Shown piece after piece: positions 17,372-28,122 of a stretch of DNA of 64,000 nt (positions are counted from its first letter, which is position 1; the number at the start of each line of letters is the position of its first letter). The translations under genes were made by a program, and so were the position numbers. The notes below the pieces were generated by a model. That model saw nothing but the letters and a program-made list of their open reading frames with translations, was not told where the DNA came from and searched no databases. The stretch is from Armatimonadota bacterium. GTDB lineage: Bacteria; Armatimonadota; Hebobacteria; CAIYQO01. The DNA lies in NCBI GenBank assembly GCA_038248345.1, contig JBBRXO010000001.1, positions 70,946 to 134,945 of the forward strand, in the 5' to 3' direction.

Positions 17372-20005
17372 CTATTTCCTCCCCCGTGCCTTCTTCTGCA
17401 GCTGCGCCAGCATATCCAGCGCTTGCCGCGGGCTGAGGTCATCTACATCCAGGTCCTTAAGCTCTGCTACCACCGGGTGTTCCGACACCTCGAAGAGGGT
17501 TAGTTGTGTTTTGGGCATGGGGGGAGGGATGGTGGCGTGTTTGGTCTCTAGGCCGCGCGCGCTTTCGGCTAGCTGGTCGTTTTCTTCCAGCGAGTGCAGC
17601 ACTTGCTGGGCGCGTTCCAGCACTGGTTGCGGCAGGCCGGCGAGCTTGGCGACGTGGATGCCGTAGCTGCGGTCGGTGCCGCCGGGGACTATTTTGCGCA
17701 GGAAGACGATATTGTCGGCACTCTCCTTGACGGCAATACGGTAGTTGCGCGCGCGCGGGAGGGTGTTTTCCAGCTCATTTAACTGATGATAATGGGTGGC
17801 AAAGAGCGTCTTGCAGCCCAGCCGGGGTGACTCATGCAGGTACTCCGCCACTGCCCAGGCGAGGGAGAGGCCGTCGAAAGTGCTGGTTCCACGGCCGATC
17901 TCATCTAGCACCACCAGGCTCTGCCGGGTGGCGTTGTTGAGGATATTCGCCGTCTCGGTCATCTCCACCATGAAGGTGGACTGCCCGGTAGCCAGGTCGT
18001 CGCTGGCCCCCACACGGGTGAAAATCCGATCCACCAGCCCGATGACCGCCTCATCAGCCGGCACAAAACTGCCCACCTGCGCCAGCAGCGTGATGAGCGC
18101 CACCTGCCGCAAATAGGTGGACTTGCCCGCCATGTTCGGCCCAGTAAGGATGATCAGCTGTTCATTCTCGGTGTCCAGTTGCACATCATTAGGCACAAAA
18201 CGCTCGCCCGCCATGGTCAGCTCCACCACCGGGTGGCGGCCATTAGTGATATTCAGCGACTCATCTGTCGTCACGGTGGGACGGGTATAACGGCGGCGGG
18301 CGGCCACCTCGGCAAAGTTGCCCAGCACGTCGATCTGCGCCACCAGCCGCGCCAGCCCCTGCACCCGCGTCGCCTCCGCCGCCACCGTCTCGCGCAGTGC
18401 CGTGTAGATGTTAAACTCCAGCGTCTTCAGCTTATCTTCCGCGCCCAGCACCAGCGCCTCATACTCTTTCAACGCTGGGGTGATGAAACGCTCCGCGTTG
18501 GCCAGTGTCTGCTTACGGATGTAGTCCGCCGGGGCCAGGTCAATATTGGTGCGGCTCAGTTCGATATAATAGCCAAAGACGCTGTTGTAGCCCACCTTCA
18601 GCGTCCTGATGCCGGTGCGCTCGCGCTCGCTGGCCTCCAGTTGCGCGATCCAACCTTTGCCTTCGGTGGCGGCGGAGCGCAACTTGTCCAGTTCGGCGTT
18701 GAAGCCCTTGAGGATCATGCCACCCTCGCGCACCGATACCGGCGGGGCCTCCACCAGCGCGGCGGTCAGCTTTTCGCGCAGGTCATGCAGCTCATCCGCC
18801 CCCTCCACCATAATCTGCAACGCTGGGGCGGCGCCCGCCAATAGCGCTAGCAGACGTGGCACGACGGTGAGCGAGTCACGAAGTTGTGCCAGATCACGTG
18901 CGCTGCCGGTGCCAGTGGCAGCACGGCTAAGCAGCCGTTCCAGATCGTGAATGTTACGCAACTCCGCCCGCACGTTGTCGCGTAGCACGTCATCGGTGCG
19001 GAAGGCGGAGACGATCTCCAAGCGCTTGTTGATATCATCAACGGAGAGCAATGGCGCAAGCAGCCACTTCTTCAACAGCCGTGCTCCCAGCGATGTACAC
19101 GTCTCGTCCAGCACCCAGAGTAGCGAGTTGGCGCGCGCGCCATCGCGCAATGAGGCCACCAGCTCCAGATTGCGCCGGGTACTAGCATCGAGGAGCATCA
19201 GCTCATCAAGTGAGTAAGTGGTAATGCCGCGGATCTGCCCGACGGTGGTCTTCTGTGTCTGTTGCAGGTAGCGTAATAATAACCCGGCAGCCTCCACCGC
19301 CAGCGGTTTATCATCACAGCCGAAGCCGCGCAGCGAGGTGACGCCGAAATGTTTGGTGAGGGTCTCGGTGGCGCTCTCCCACGCATAGTCGCTCATATCC
19401 GGGGAGTTCACCGAGGCGCTGGAGCGTGCGCGCAGCTCCGCCATCAACTCTTCATCCTCGGTGAATTCTATGGGGAGGAGAATCTCCGACGGCTGCAGGC
19501 GCGACACTTCCTCTAGCATCATCTCCCGCGCGCGCTCCCCGCTCACCTCGGTGATGGAGAACTCGCCAGTGGAGCAGTCTGCCACTGCGATACCATAACC
19601 ACGGGCGGTATGCAGCGCCAGCAAGAAATTGTTGGAACGCTCATCCAGCAGGTAATCCTCCGTCACTGTGCCCGGCGTTATGATACGCGTCACGTCGCGC
19701 TTCACCAGCCCCTTGGTCAGCTTGGGGTCTTCCATCTGTTCGGCGATAGCTGCCTTATGACCAGCCGCGAGCAGGCGCGCCAGATAGCGGTCGATGGCAT
19801 GGAAGGGGACGCCCGCCATGGGCATCTTCTGCCCGCGGACATCGCGTGCGGTGAGAGCGATCTCCATCGCTTTCGACCCAATAACGGCATCCTCGCCGTA
19901 TAATTCATAAAAATCGCCACAGCGAATCAGCAGCAACACATCCGGGTATTGCCGTTTCATCTCCTGATATTGCCGGAACATCGGGGTCAAGCCGTCATTT
20001 ATCAC
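17372..20005 (-). CDS. mutS: DNA mismatch repair protein MutS
   Basis: TPMFRQY, GDFYELY, GRHPVVE, TGPNMAGKSTY, STFMVEM, DEIGRGTST, FATHYH, SYGIHVA; GTG start after GAGGAGG. Confidence 0.98.
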   Translation of the reverse strand: MINDGLTPMFRQYQEMKRQYPDVLLLIRCGDFYELYGEDAVIGSKAMEIALTARDVRGQKMPMAGVPFHAIDRYLARLLAAGHKAAIAEQMEDPKLTKGLVKRDVTRIITPGTVTEDYLLDERSNNFLLALHTARGYGIAVADCSTGEFSITEVSGERAREMMLEEVSRLQPSEILLPIEFTEDEELMAELRARSSASVNSPDMSDYAWESATETLTKHFGVTSLRGFGCDDKPLAVEAAGLLLRYLQQTQKTTVGQIRGITTYSLDELMLLDASTRRNLELVASLRDGARANSLLWVLDETCTSLGARLLKKWLLAPLLSVDDINKRLEIVSAFRTDDVLRDNVRAELRNIHDLERLLSRAATGTGSARDLAQLRDSLTVVPRLLALLAGAAPALQIMVEGADELHDLREKLTAALVEAPPVSVREGGMILKGFNAELDKLRSAATEGKGWIAQLEASERERTGIRTLKVGYNSVFGYYIELSRTNIDLAPADYIRKQTLANAERFITPALKEYEALVLGAEDKLKTLEFNIYTALRETVAAEATRVQGLARLVAQIDVLGNFAEVAARRRYTRPTVTTDESLNITNGRHPVVELTMAGERFVPNDVQLDTENEQLIILTGPNMAGKSTYLRQVALITLLAQVGSFVPADEAVIGLVDRIFTRVGASDDLATGQSTFMVEMTETANILNNATRQSLVVLDEIGRGTSTFDGLSLAWAVAEYLHESPRLGCKTLFATHYHQLNELENTLPRARNYRIAVKESADNIVFLRKIVPGGTDRSYGIHVAKLAGLPQPVLERAQQVLHSLEENDQLAESARGLETKHATIPPPMPKTQLTLFEVSEHPVVAELKDLDVDDLSPRQALDMLAQLQKKARGRK

Positions 20006-20249
20006 CAGTGAAGTTTCCTCCTCGCTTATTGTAGGGTAAGCAGGCAAGCACGTCAAAGGAAAAGTCAGTCTTTGAGGCCGCCTGATGATTGAAATAGTGA
20101 GATATCGGGTATAAGATTGATAATTGTAGAATGATATTTAGAATAATCTTGACATCTGATTTACAAGACTATTACAGTCATTGCAGTTATGAGCAATCAT
20201 TTCTCTTGGTGTAGTAGTAGTAGTAATTCCAGTTCATCTGGAGGTCTAT

Positions 20250-20615
20250 ATGTTCTCGTTGGATACACTACCAGATTTGTTGTTTTTTTTCTTTTCTCGG
20301 TATATGGCCGTTTTTTCGATGCTTACCGCATTAATCTATGTATCTATCGCCTATGCACGCACAAGCAAATTCGCCGCAGTACGTGATGGCCTGACCTATA
20401 TAGCGGCAATTGCCGTACTTGGCGTCGTGCTTCTGTTCATACCGAAAGAAAATTATTTCTTCATTTGGCAGATGGTACTCTGGTTCACCTTCACCATGCT
20501 TCTGGTTCTGGAAATGCTCTGGTTCGCCTACCTGTTGGTGTCGTTAATGGATCTGGCAAAAATCGCCGCACATCGGCACGCCAACCAAAATAGCTCCCGC
20601 ATAAAAGACCACTAG
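20250..20615 (+). CDS. hypothetical small membrane protein (~3 TM)
   Basis: GGAGG RBS; hydrophobic helices. Confidence 0.7.
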   Translation: MFSLDTLPDLLFFFFSRYMAVFSMLTALIYVSIAYARTSKFAAVRDGLTYIAAIAVLGVVLLFIPKENYFFIWQMVLWFTFTMLLVLEMLWFAYLLVSLMDLAKIAAHRHANQNSSRIKDH

Positions 20616-20720
20616 GCCACAAATCCCAAGCTTCCGACAAAAAATCACTTTTAATCTCCTCAATAATTTATCAATTGTGCGGAAAATCTGCCAATCATTG
20701 CTAATTTTTGCCAATTTTTG

Positions 20721-20749
20721 TAGACTTCGTATTTATTTTACGTTATAAT
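20721..20749 (+). promoter_or_regulatory. sigma70-type promoter TAGACT-N17-TATAAT
   Basis: Near-consensus boxes upstream of the E1 alpha gene. Confidence 0.6.
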
Positions 20750-20816
20750 GTAGCTAACTTCTTTACAATGTGCAGGATATATTGGCGTGTTGGAGGATGT
20801 TAATACGGAGAGTTTT

Positions 20817-21749
20817 ATGACTGGCACAAAATCATCGTTGATAAATAAATTGACGACGATGTTAACTATTAGATTATTTGAGGAAAAAGTGGACGAGCTA
20901 TTCGCCGCTGGGGAGTTGAAGGGCACCTCGCATCTGGCCGCGGGCCAGGAGGCAACTGCAGTTGGAGCATCTTTCGCGCTAAACAAAGATGACTATGTCA
21001 CTTCCAACCATCGGGGGCACGGCCATTTTATCGCACGCGGCGGCAGGCCAGATAGAATTATGGCGGAGTTGTTCGGTCGGGAGACTGGTTACTCCAGTGG
21101 GCACGGTGGGACGCAGCATATGGCTGACTTTTCGCTGGGCTTCTTGGGGATGAACGGCATCACTGGTGGTATGCTCCCTATCGCTGTAGGTGCGGCATTT
21201 TCTGCCAAGTATCATGGGGATAATAAAGTTTCCTTGGCCTTCTTCGGCGATGGAGCCAGTAACCAGGGGACATTCCATGAGTCGATGAACCTGGCCGCCT
21301 GCTACCGCTTGCCGGTAATCTTTTTTTGTGAAAATAACCTGTATGCCATGAGTACCCCGGCACGTGAGATGGTGAGTGTGCAAAACATCGCCGACCGTGC
21401 TATAGGATATGGTATGCCGGGTATCACGGTAGACGGCAACGATGTAGATGCCGTTTTCGCCGCCACGGCGCAAGCTGTGACGAGAGCTCGACAAGGAGAA
21501 GGACCGACCTTGATCGAGGCAAAAACCTACCGTATATTGGGCCACTCGCGCGGGGATTTGCGCGTGTATCGAACGCGAGAGGAAGAGGCAGAATGGGCGA
21601 CACTGGATCCAATAGCCCTTTATTCGCAGAAGCTTCTCACGCAAGGAGAAATTACCGAGAATGCTTGGGTGCATCTGCGTGAAGATACGCAGCGAATCAT
21701 TGACGATTCAGTTGAATTTGCTCGCAGGAGCGCGGTAGTGGTGGGATAA
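20817..21749 (+). CDS. TPP-dependent dehydrogenase E1 alpha subunit (pyruvate/acetoin type)
   Basis: HLAAGQEA, HRGHGH, FFGDGASNQG...ENN TPP motif, DGND, TYRILGHS. Confidence 0.93.
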   Translation: MTGTKSSLINKLTTMLTIRLFEEKVDELFAAGELKGTSHLAAGQEATAVGASFALNKDDYVTSNHRGHGHFIARGGRPDRIMAELFGRETGYSSGHGGTQHMADFSLGFLGMNGITGGMLPIAVGAAFSAKYHGDNKVSLAFFGDGASNQGTFHESMNLAACYRLPVIFFCENNLYAMSTPAREMVSVQNIADRAIGYGMPGITVDGNDVDAVFAATAQAVTRARQGEGPTLIEAKTYRILGHSRGDLRVYRTREEEAEWATLDPIALYSQKLLTQGEITENAWVHLREDTQRIIDDSVEFARRSAVVVG

Positions 21750-21921
21750 GGAAATCCCGCATGCAGGATGTAACTAGAAATAACGCGGTGTAGTCTTTGC
21801 TATTTGCCACGGTACTTATGCTGTCTTTCCGCATGTTGTACGTGAATATTTACAATTAGCAGTACCAGAACCTGGATGAGCATTTCCCCGTATGTATACC
21901 AGGGAAAAAAGATAGGAGAAA

Positions 21922-23055
21922 ATGACCATGAAAAACCCAATTCGCATCGAGCCTTCCATTTGGGAAGGTGACACCAGAATGCCCGCCTCCTGGCGCGTGC
22001 TCGCAGGACTACTACGTGGCGACTCACTGGGGCAAGCTGATCTGCGCAACCGAACCGGTCTCAGCCATCCAGTAATCGTTCAACAGGTCGCACAGCTTCG
22101 TCGTGCTGGGCTGATCACATTCGGTGCACCAATCAGCGGCCAGCCCGGTCGTCCTCGCGTACCGATGACCTTCAATTGGAATTTCCGTCGCCTGTTGGCC
22201 GTGGAAGTTCATTCCTCCGGCATCACCGTGCAGGCTACTGACCTGCGGGGCGAACTGCAGGGAAGCATCAGCACCGGCACCATCGCCGAATGGTCGACTG
22301 AAGGCATCAAAAAAGCGATCATCAAGGCTGTACGCACTGCTATCCGCAGTAGCGGCTCTCCCTTCGCAGCTATTGGCATTGTCATCCCAGGCATCATCAG
22401 CGCTGACCATCAGGTCGCTGTCAGCTGCCTCGACGTTGCTGACTGGGCTGATGTTAACCTCGGCGAAGAGCTCACTGCCGAATTCAACATCAAGGTACTA
22501 TTAGAGAATGATGCTAACGCTCTGGCGTTGGCCCTGGCCTCTAACCCCGATGAAGATACCGACAGTATCCTTGCCATCAGCATGCGCCAACAGGTGCAAG
22601 TAGGCCTGGGCATGATCTTCAATGGCCGGGTAATTCGTGGCATACACGCTGGCTCCTTTGGCAACACTCCTGTCGAAAATGGAACATTGGAGACTCTGCT
22701 ACGCGCCAGCCGCACCGATGAAGGCAAACGCAATGATGCGTTAGTCGCACTCTTCGACAAAATCGCTGACCTGGTCACCGCTATCAACCCGAAAAACCTG
22801 GTGATGCAGGGCGATGATCGCTGGTCTGAAGATGATCTCACTATCCTGCGTGCTACCCTGGAAGCTCGTTGCTACGCTCCGGCATTCGCTGATCTGACAT
22901 TGGAATACCGCCAGAACGCTCCTATTGAAAGCCTGACCGGTATCACCAGCCTGCTCTCCGACTACGTACTCAACCTGGAAAATGGATTGATTACCAGTTG
23001 GAGCGTAACTGAACAGCCAGCTGCTGCCGCCAAGCGCACCCCTTTCATCCGCTAA
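21922..23055 (+). CDS. ROK-family transcriptional regulator (divergent)
   Basis: N-terminal HTH (RTGLSHPVI), GRP, DLRG, GIVIPG, LENDANA. Confidence 0.85.
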   Translation: MTMKNPIRIEPSIWEGDTRMPASWRVLAGLLRGDSLGQADLRNRTGLSHPVIVQQVAQLRRAGLITFGAPISGQPGRPRVPMTFNWNFRRLLAVEVHSSGITVQATDLRGELQGSISTGTIAEWSTEGIKKAIIKAVRTAIRSSGSPFAAIGIVIPGIISADHQVAVSCLDVADWADVNLGEELTAEFNIKVLLENDANALALALASNPDEDTDSILAISMRQQVQVGLGMIFNGRVIRGIHAGSFGNTPVENGTLETLLRASRTDEGKRNDALVALFDKIADLVTAINPKNLVMQGDDRWSEDDLTILRATLEARCYAPAFADLTLEYRQNAPIESLTGITSLLSDYVLNLENGLITSWSVTEQPAAAAKRTPFIR

Positions 23056-23077
23056 TAATATGATGAGAGGATAATGA

Positions 23078-23119
23078 AATACCGGAGCAGGATATTTTAC
23101 CTGTTCCGGTATTTTTTTT
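23078..23119 (+). terminator. rho-independent terminator
   Basis: AATACCGGAGCAGG...CCTGTTCCGGTATT followed by a T-run. Confidence 0.8.
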
Positions 23120-23155
23120 GAAATTTCATTTCCCATTGCTTTACTGGAAGTAGCT

Positions 23156-23199
23156 ACAGTTCACCCCCGGTACATATAAAACGTCCGGGGGTGAACTGT
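23156..23199 (-). terminator. hairpin downstream of the SpoIVB-fusion gene
   Basis: ACAGTTCACCCCCGG / CCGGGGGTGAACTGT perfect 15-bp stem. Confidence 0.75.
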
Positions 23200-23206
23200 C
23201 TAAGGA

Positions 23207-26200
23207 CTAGTTTTGCAGACTGAAGAAGAGGACATCCGCCAATGCGGCGCTGTCTTCACCTTGCCAGGTTTTATGGTTTACTTCAGTTGTCGCCGTAGGA
23301 GCTACCGTTTTAGGCTCCTTTGGCGCTTGCGGTGCCGGTGCGGTGACACCGGCGGCGTTCTTCGGTGGTGTCGGAGGAGTTACCGGCTTTACTACCGGTT
23401 TGCCACCGATGGTCAGCTTTTTCGTCAGCACATTCCCCGCTAGATCCTTCACCTGCAGGGTGAGCTTATGCTCTCCGCCAGTGAGGGTCACCTTGCCATC
23501 CGGTGAGATCAGCAATACCCACTCTTCTTTGGAATTAAAGATGCCATCTTCAGCGACCAGCGCGATCCATTGACCATTATCGAGTTGGTAGCGCCCACCT
23601 ACGATTGTGCAGAGGTTATCCTCCACATTTAAGCGACTCACCTCGTCCCAATTCGCTACATTATCCGCTACATCAATTACTGGCGGAGTATTGTCGATAA
23701 TGAACGGAGTTGAGATACTCTCGGCTGCTTTGGCATCTGTCGGTTTGGCGTATTTATCGCTGGCAACGATCTTTAAGCAATAAATACCGTCAGCAGCTTT
23801 TTTGGTATCCCACATAAAGTTCGGCACGAAGGTCTCGGTTTTGCTGGTGGATTCCTCTGAGGTAGCGGATATCCCGTCCGGACTGTCGGTGCTTGTCTCG
23901 CCATTAGGTTCATTCTCATTTGATGTGTCACTGCTGGCATCAGGATCAGCCGTGACTTCTGCATCGTCAGGTATTGCGTCGACATTGTTAACATCAACTT
24001 GCTTGGTAATATCTGCCTTCGCATGCTTGTTGACTTTACCCGCTTTAGGATCAACTGGCGACTTGACAACAGTTGTGGCGGGTTTCGGTTTCGGTTCCGG
24101 CTTCGCCAATTTCACTTCTACCGGTACCCAAGTTTTGCCATCATCGCTGGTGGAGAATACAGTGTAGACGACTTTGTCGCCATCAATATCACGCCCCATC
24201 CATCTAACGTTATGCTTCTCATGCCAGATACTGCCCGCTGGGACGGTAATCATAACGATCGGTACATTGTTCAACGGCAGGTAATGAACTTTAACGAAGT
24301 CCATATTGGGTGATGCTGCTCCGGTACCTGTCAGAGTAACACGCAGCTGTGAATTAGGGGCAGGAGCACTGGTGAGCGTGTCGCCATCTTTGCCGATGAG
24401 CGCAAAGTTGCTCCATGTTTCATCCGGGGTTGCGGTGAGGCCACCACGTGTCTCCACGACAATCTGCTGTTTATCTTTGACCGTCGAACGAATCTCAACC
24501 TGACCCCATTTGGAAACGGAAGGTACGGTAAGGACGTGTGAAATAAAGGTTCCGCTTGTGCGCGGTTCCATTTTCAATACTTGCGAGGGGGCTGAAGTTA
24601 CTGCAAAGAGCTCACCCTTCGCTGACACAGCCATGGCATTGACCATAATAGATTCTGGCCCAACGGAAGCGTTCTCGTCGGTACCGTCGCGCAGATCCTG
24701 TCGAGCATAGACGGGGATAACCACCGGTTCTACATCCATAGGTTTTTCGATGCAGTACAATCCGCCGCCTGGTGAGCTACTGGCATACAGGACTTCGCCG
24801 ATCATCTTTATGTCGGTTATTGAGTCTTCATTGCCAATTCCGCGCATAATAACTTTGCGTGTTCCATTAGGCAACACGCGAGAGATACTGTTATTCGAGG
24901 CAGAACCGATGAAGAGCGTCCCGTCAGCCGCAACCAGCAGGCTGGCAACTGGGCCTTCACCCTCACATACTGCTTCCAGGTATCCTTCTTTATTGAGCCG
25001 ATAGACCTTTCCGCGTGGTGAGGTCGCAAGGTAAAGAGTTTTGCCCGGCCCCGCTGTCATAGCGTAGATGAGCTTATCAGGGGCAGTAGCGCCCAGTTGT
25101 ACGCCGCCGTCATCATGCAGGATAAATATCGAACCCTGGTCTGCGGCAGCGTAGACAACGCCTTCGCTAGTTATGGCCATATTCCAGATCACGTCGCCCG
25201 GCACCCTCCATGTTGTAGTGATGTTACCGTTCGGGGTAACACGACGCACTTTCATATCTGGCCAGCTGGCGACGATCAGATTCCCCGCCATGTCAGCGAC
25301 TAATGATGTAATGGCATGGATACCGTCTCCATCAGCTGCATCCTTCGGGAAGACAATCTCAATAGTTCCGTCATCCTTTATACAGGTGACTTTGTTGGTC
25401 CCCCACCCGGCGATATAGGTGCCGTTGGCGGTAGAGACAACTCGGTTAGTAATCACATTTGTATCTGTTGCAGTGTAGATATTCCGCATAGCGGGAACCA
25501 GCGTCAACTCGCCTTTGGAGTTGACTCCTGTTCCGATATGTTTACCGCGCAGGAAATCGTTTCTGGTTCGTAAGCCCCAGGCATTCTCCTTGGCAGTCAG
25601 GGTGATTGGATCTGTACCCCCAGTTGATCCACCTGGCCGGGAGACTTCGCCACTCGGCTCATTGGGAGCGCCAGGTTTGTTGCCTGCATCAGGTTTTGCA
25701 GGGGGCGAATCAGGAGTGTTGCTATGAATAGAAAGCGGCAGCAATGGGCTATCATTCACCGTTGCATAATGTGGAAGGGTCATCACGTGACGAGGTTGTA
25801 AGTCTTTGGAGAAGTTTGACTTCAATATGCTCAGCTGTTCACGTTGCATCTTCGTCATACTACTATTCAACACTGACATTTCGCCTTCATAATCGGACGG
25901 CCCAGCCGGGCCACCGGGGGTGCCTGCACCAGTGCTGCCATTAGGCATAGCGGTAGACAGGAAGGGAGATGACCCGCTCATAATCATATCTGTCATGGTG
26001 CGGCCAGTGCGGTACATCGACTCATCTGTCTGAATCTGGATGATCATCTCGCCGCCGCCGGAGAGAATGTAAGGCATTGGGGCTACATCTAAAGTGGCTG
26101 TAGGTTTAATTGAGCTACTACCAAAGCCCCTGTCATACATATCGTCGCCGTTGCTGTTGCCTATGCTCAAATCTGATTCACGCAAGATGCCGACAATCTG

Positions 26201-27904
26201 CGTCGGGATATTGGTGATCTTGTGGCCGCGATAATCATAGCTCGGGGAAGGTGATGCTTTCAACACCAGCATGTTGTTACTTGTGGGATTACCTTGCAGA
26301 TAGCGAATTATCCCTTTAACACCCTCTTCCTGATCCGGAACGGCTGTTAACATCGACTTCAGGCTACTTGCTTCAGAACCTCCAGCGATGATGACACCCA
26401 TCACCTGATCAACGGTATTCTCCGGGATGTGAACTTTTACAATTTTCTCTTCTACCGGTTTACCGTAGGGGCGGATCTTCACGGTGAAATTAACATCTTC
26501 ACCGGGACGTGCCACTAAACGATCGGGGATGATCTTCTCAATAGTGGCGAAATTGCGGCCAGGAACAAATGACATGTTGACGTATACTTGGTTGATTTTT
26601 ACCGATTCGTACTTGTTACGCATCAGGAATCCACTTAATGCATACAACTCAAACATCGGCATATCCCATGAGCCTATCTCTGGAGCAAACACAGAATCAA
26701 AGGAGATATCGCCATATTTGTCGGTGGACATTACCGTCTTTCCGGTGTATGTCCCCTCCCCCGAGCCCCATACATCGCCCAAGTCTGCAGCGCCACCTAC
26801 CATAAAGTATAGATACAGCAAAATTGGAGCAAACTCCGGGTCGTTAATAACTTCTACTGCATAACGAGTATCCAGTGAGCGGCTGTCATCTTTCAAATAT
26901 AGCAGGCCCTTGATCGTTTCCGATACCTGACCTACTTTGCCAGCGAGGGCGAATTTACGGTCCGAGGTCGCCGTGCCTACCGGTTTACCGATTGGAGAAC
27001 CTAACTTGAAGGAGCTTAAGGCTGAACTCACTATTCCATCGATATAACAAACCGAGAGCGGCATATCAATGTCGCCACGCCCCATGAACGGGTGGCCGAA
27101 ACAAAGGACAGTGTCGTCCTTTACGTATGTCACTGTACCCACCGCTGCCATATTCGAGTCGCCGGACATTAATGAGATGCCCACGGCACTACCCGCTTCC
27201 AACTGTGGAGCTTCCTCGTCGATACGTCCCCCTGGCCCAGGCGCAGCTTGCAGGTTATATTTATCGAATATCTGTTGTAGCGGCTTCAGCGCACGCTCAT
27301 TCATGCCGTTGATGAACACCGGAGTGGCAACTGGGGTCATGATCAGCGTGTTGTCCGTCACTGTCCCTTTCAATTGCAAAGCCTCGGCAGCGTTGGTGGC
27401 GATCTTGGCGCCGGTGAACAACTTGCCACCGATTTTGATACCACCAGCATCGGCGATCATCCTTTTGGTCAGCGATGGGTCAGCGCTACCCGGTTCGGTG
27501 CAGTCGAGCATCGCTGATATGGGAGTTACACCAGCGAGAGGCTCCTGCTGGAAGCTAAAACCGTAGGCATAAGCACCGATGAGACGACCGTCAATGTAGA
27601 TCGGACTGCCACTCATCCCGGCAACAGTTTGTAGCTTGCGGTCTACCACCGGGCCATCCAGGACTTTGATGAGGATCATATCGAATCCGAAGTCAATCTT
27701 TCGCAGAATGCCAACGACTTCGATATTGAAGGTCTCGATCTTAGTGCCTTGGAATACTGATTTACCATAACCGCGCATTCCGGGCGATATCTCCCTGACG
27801 CTCATGAACTCCTTGTCATCCCAGTTGAGCTTTGCTGATGCAGAAAACGCACTTGCGCCCAGCAACAACAACATTACGCCGAACAGCCAATTAATTCGTC
27901 TCAC
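23207..27904 (-). CDS. secreted SpoIVB/S55 peptidase fused to beta-propeller and Ig/FN3-like domains
   Basis: Signal peptide; GMRGYGKSVFQG, AGMSGSPIYIDGRLIGA, FGHPF; propeller-like repeats (GNLIVAS, GVVYAAA, GTLFIGS); IDNTPP; GTG after AAGGAG. Confidence 0.85.
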   Translation of the reverse strand: MRRINWLFGVMLLLLGASAFSASAKLNWDDKEFMSVREISPGMRGYGKSVFQGTKIETFNIEVVGILRKIDFGFDMILIKVLDGPVVDRKLQTVAGMSGSPIYIDGRLIGAYAYGFSFQQEPLAGVTPISAMLDCTEPGSADPSLTKRMIADAGGIKIGGKLFTGAKIATNAAEALQLKGTVTDNTLIMTPVATPVFINGMNERALKPLQQIFDKYNLQAAPGPGGRIDEEAPQLEAGSAVGISLMSGDSNMAAVGTVTYVKDDTVLCFGHPFMGRGDIDMPLSVCYIDGIVSSALSSFKLGSPIGKPVGTATSDRKFALAGKVGQVSETIKGLLYLKDDSRSLDTRYAVEVINDPEFAPILLYLYFMVGGAADLGDVWGSGEGTYTGKTVMSTDKYGDISFDSVFAPEIGSWDMPMFELYALSGFLMRNKYESVKINQVYVNMSFVPGRNFATIEKIIPDRLVARPGEDVNFTVKIRPYGKPVEEKIVKVHIPENTVDQVMGVIIAGGSEASSLKSMLTAVPDQEEGVKGIIRYLQGNPTSNNMLVLKASPSPSYDYRGHKITNIPTQIVGILRESDLSIGNSNGDDMYDRGFGSSSIKPTATLDVAPMPYILSGGGEMIIQIQTDESMYRTGRTMTDMIMSGSSPFLSTAMPNGSTGAGTPGGPAGPSDYEGEMSVLNSSMTKMQREQLSILKSNFSKDLQPRHVMTLPHYATVNDSPLLPLSIHSNTPDSPPAKPDAGNKPGAPNEPSGEVSRPGGSTGGTDPITLTAKENAWGLRTRNDFLRGKHIGTGVNSKGELTLVPAMRNIYTATDTNVITNRVVSTANGTYIAGWGTNKVTCIKDDGTIEIVFPKDAADGDGIHAITSLVADMAGNLIVASWPDMKVRRVTPNGNITTTWRVPGDVIWNMAITSEGVVYAAADQGSIFILHDDGGVQLGATAPDKLIYAMTAGPGKTLYLATSPRGKVYRLNKEGYLEAVCEGEGPVASLLVAADGTLFIGSASNNSISRVLPNGTRKVIMRGIGNEDSITDIKMIGEVLYASSSPGGGLYCIEKPMDVEPVVIPVYARQDLRDGTDENASVGPESIMVNAMAVSAKGELFAVTSAPSQVLKMEPRTSGTFISHVLTVPSVSKWGQVEIRSTVKDKQQIVVETRGGLTATPDETWSNFALIGKDGDTLTSAPAPNSQLRVTLTGTGAASPNMDFVKVHYLPLNNVPIVMITVPAGSIWHEKHNVRWMGRDIDGDKVVYTVFSTSDDGKTWVPVEVKLAKPEPKPKPATTVVKSPVDPKAGKVNKHAKADITKQVDVNNVDAIPDDAEVTADPDASSDTSNENEPNGETSTDSPDGISATSEESTSKTETFVPNFMWDTKKAADGIYCLKIVASDKYAKPTDAKAAESISTPFIIDNTPPVIDVADNVANWDEVSRLNVEDNLCTIVGGRYQLDNGQWIALVAEDGIFNSKEEWVLLISPDGKVTLTGGEHKLTLQVKDLAGNVLTKKLTIGGKPVVKPVTPPTPPKNAAGVTAPAPQAPKEPKTVAPTATTEVNHKTWQGEDSAALADVLFFSLQN

Positions 27905-28122
27905 GGAAGTCTCCTTATCCTGCATCGATAGCCTGTCTGGCTACCTCACGGTCCCACACTACGGGATTTGGCAAACGAGTCTGCGGTTATTTCGTCCTTT
28001 TGACGCTTAACACGTAATATACTTTCCACGCAAAAGCCTCGTTTCCTTTTTCTGAAACAAACCTTGTAGAAAAAATACCATAAATTTGCAAAAAATGGAA
28101 TGATTGAAGGTTAAATTACGTA

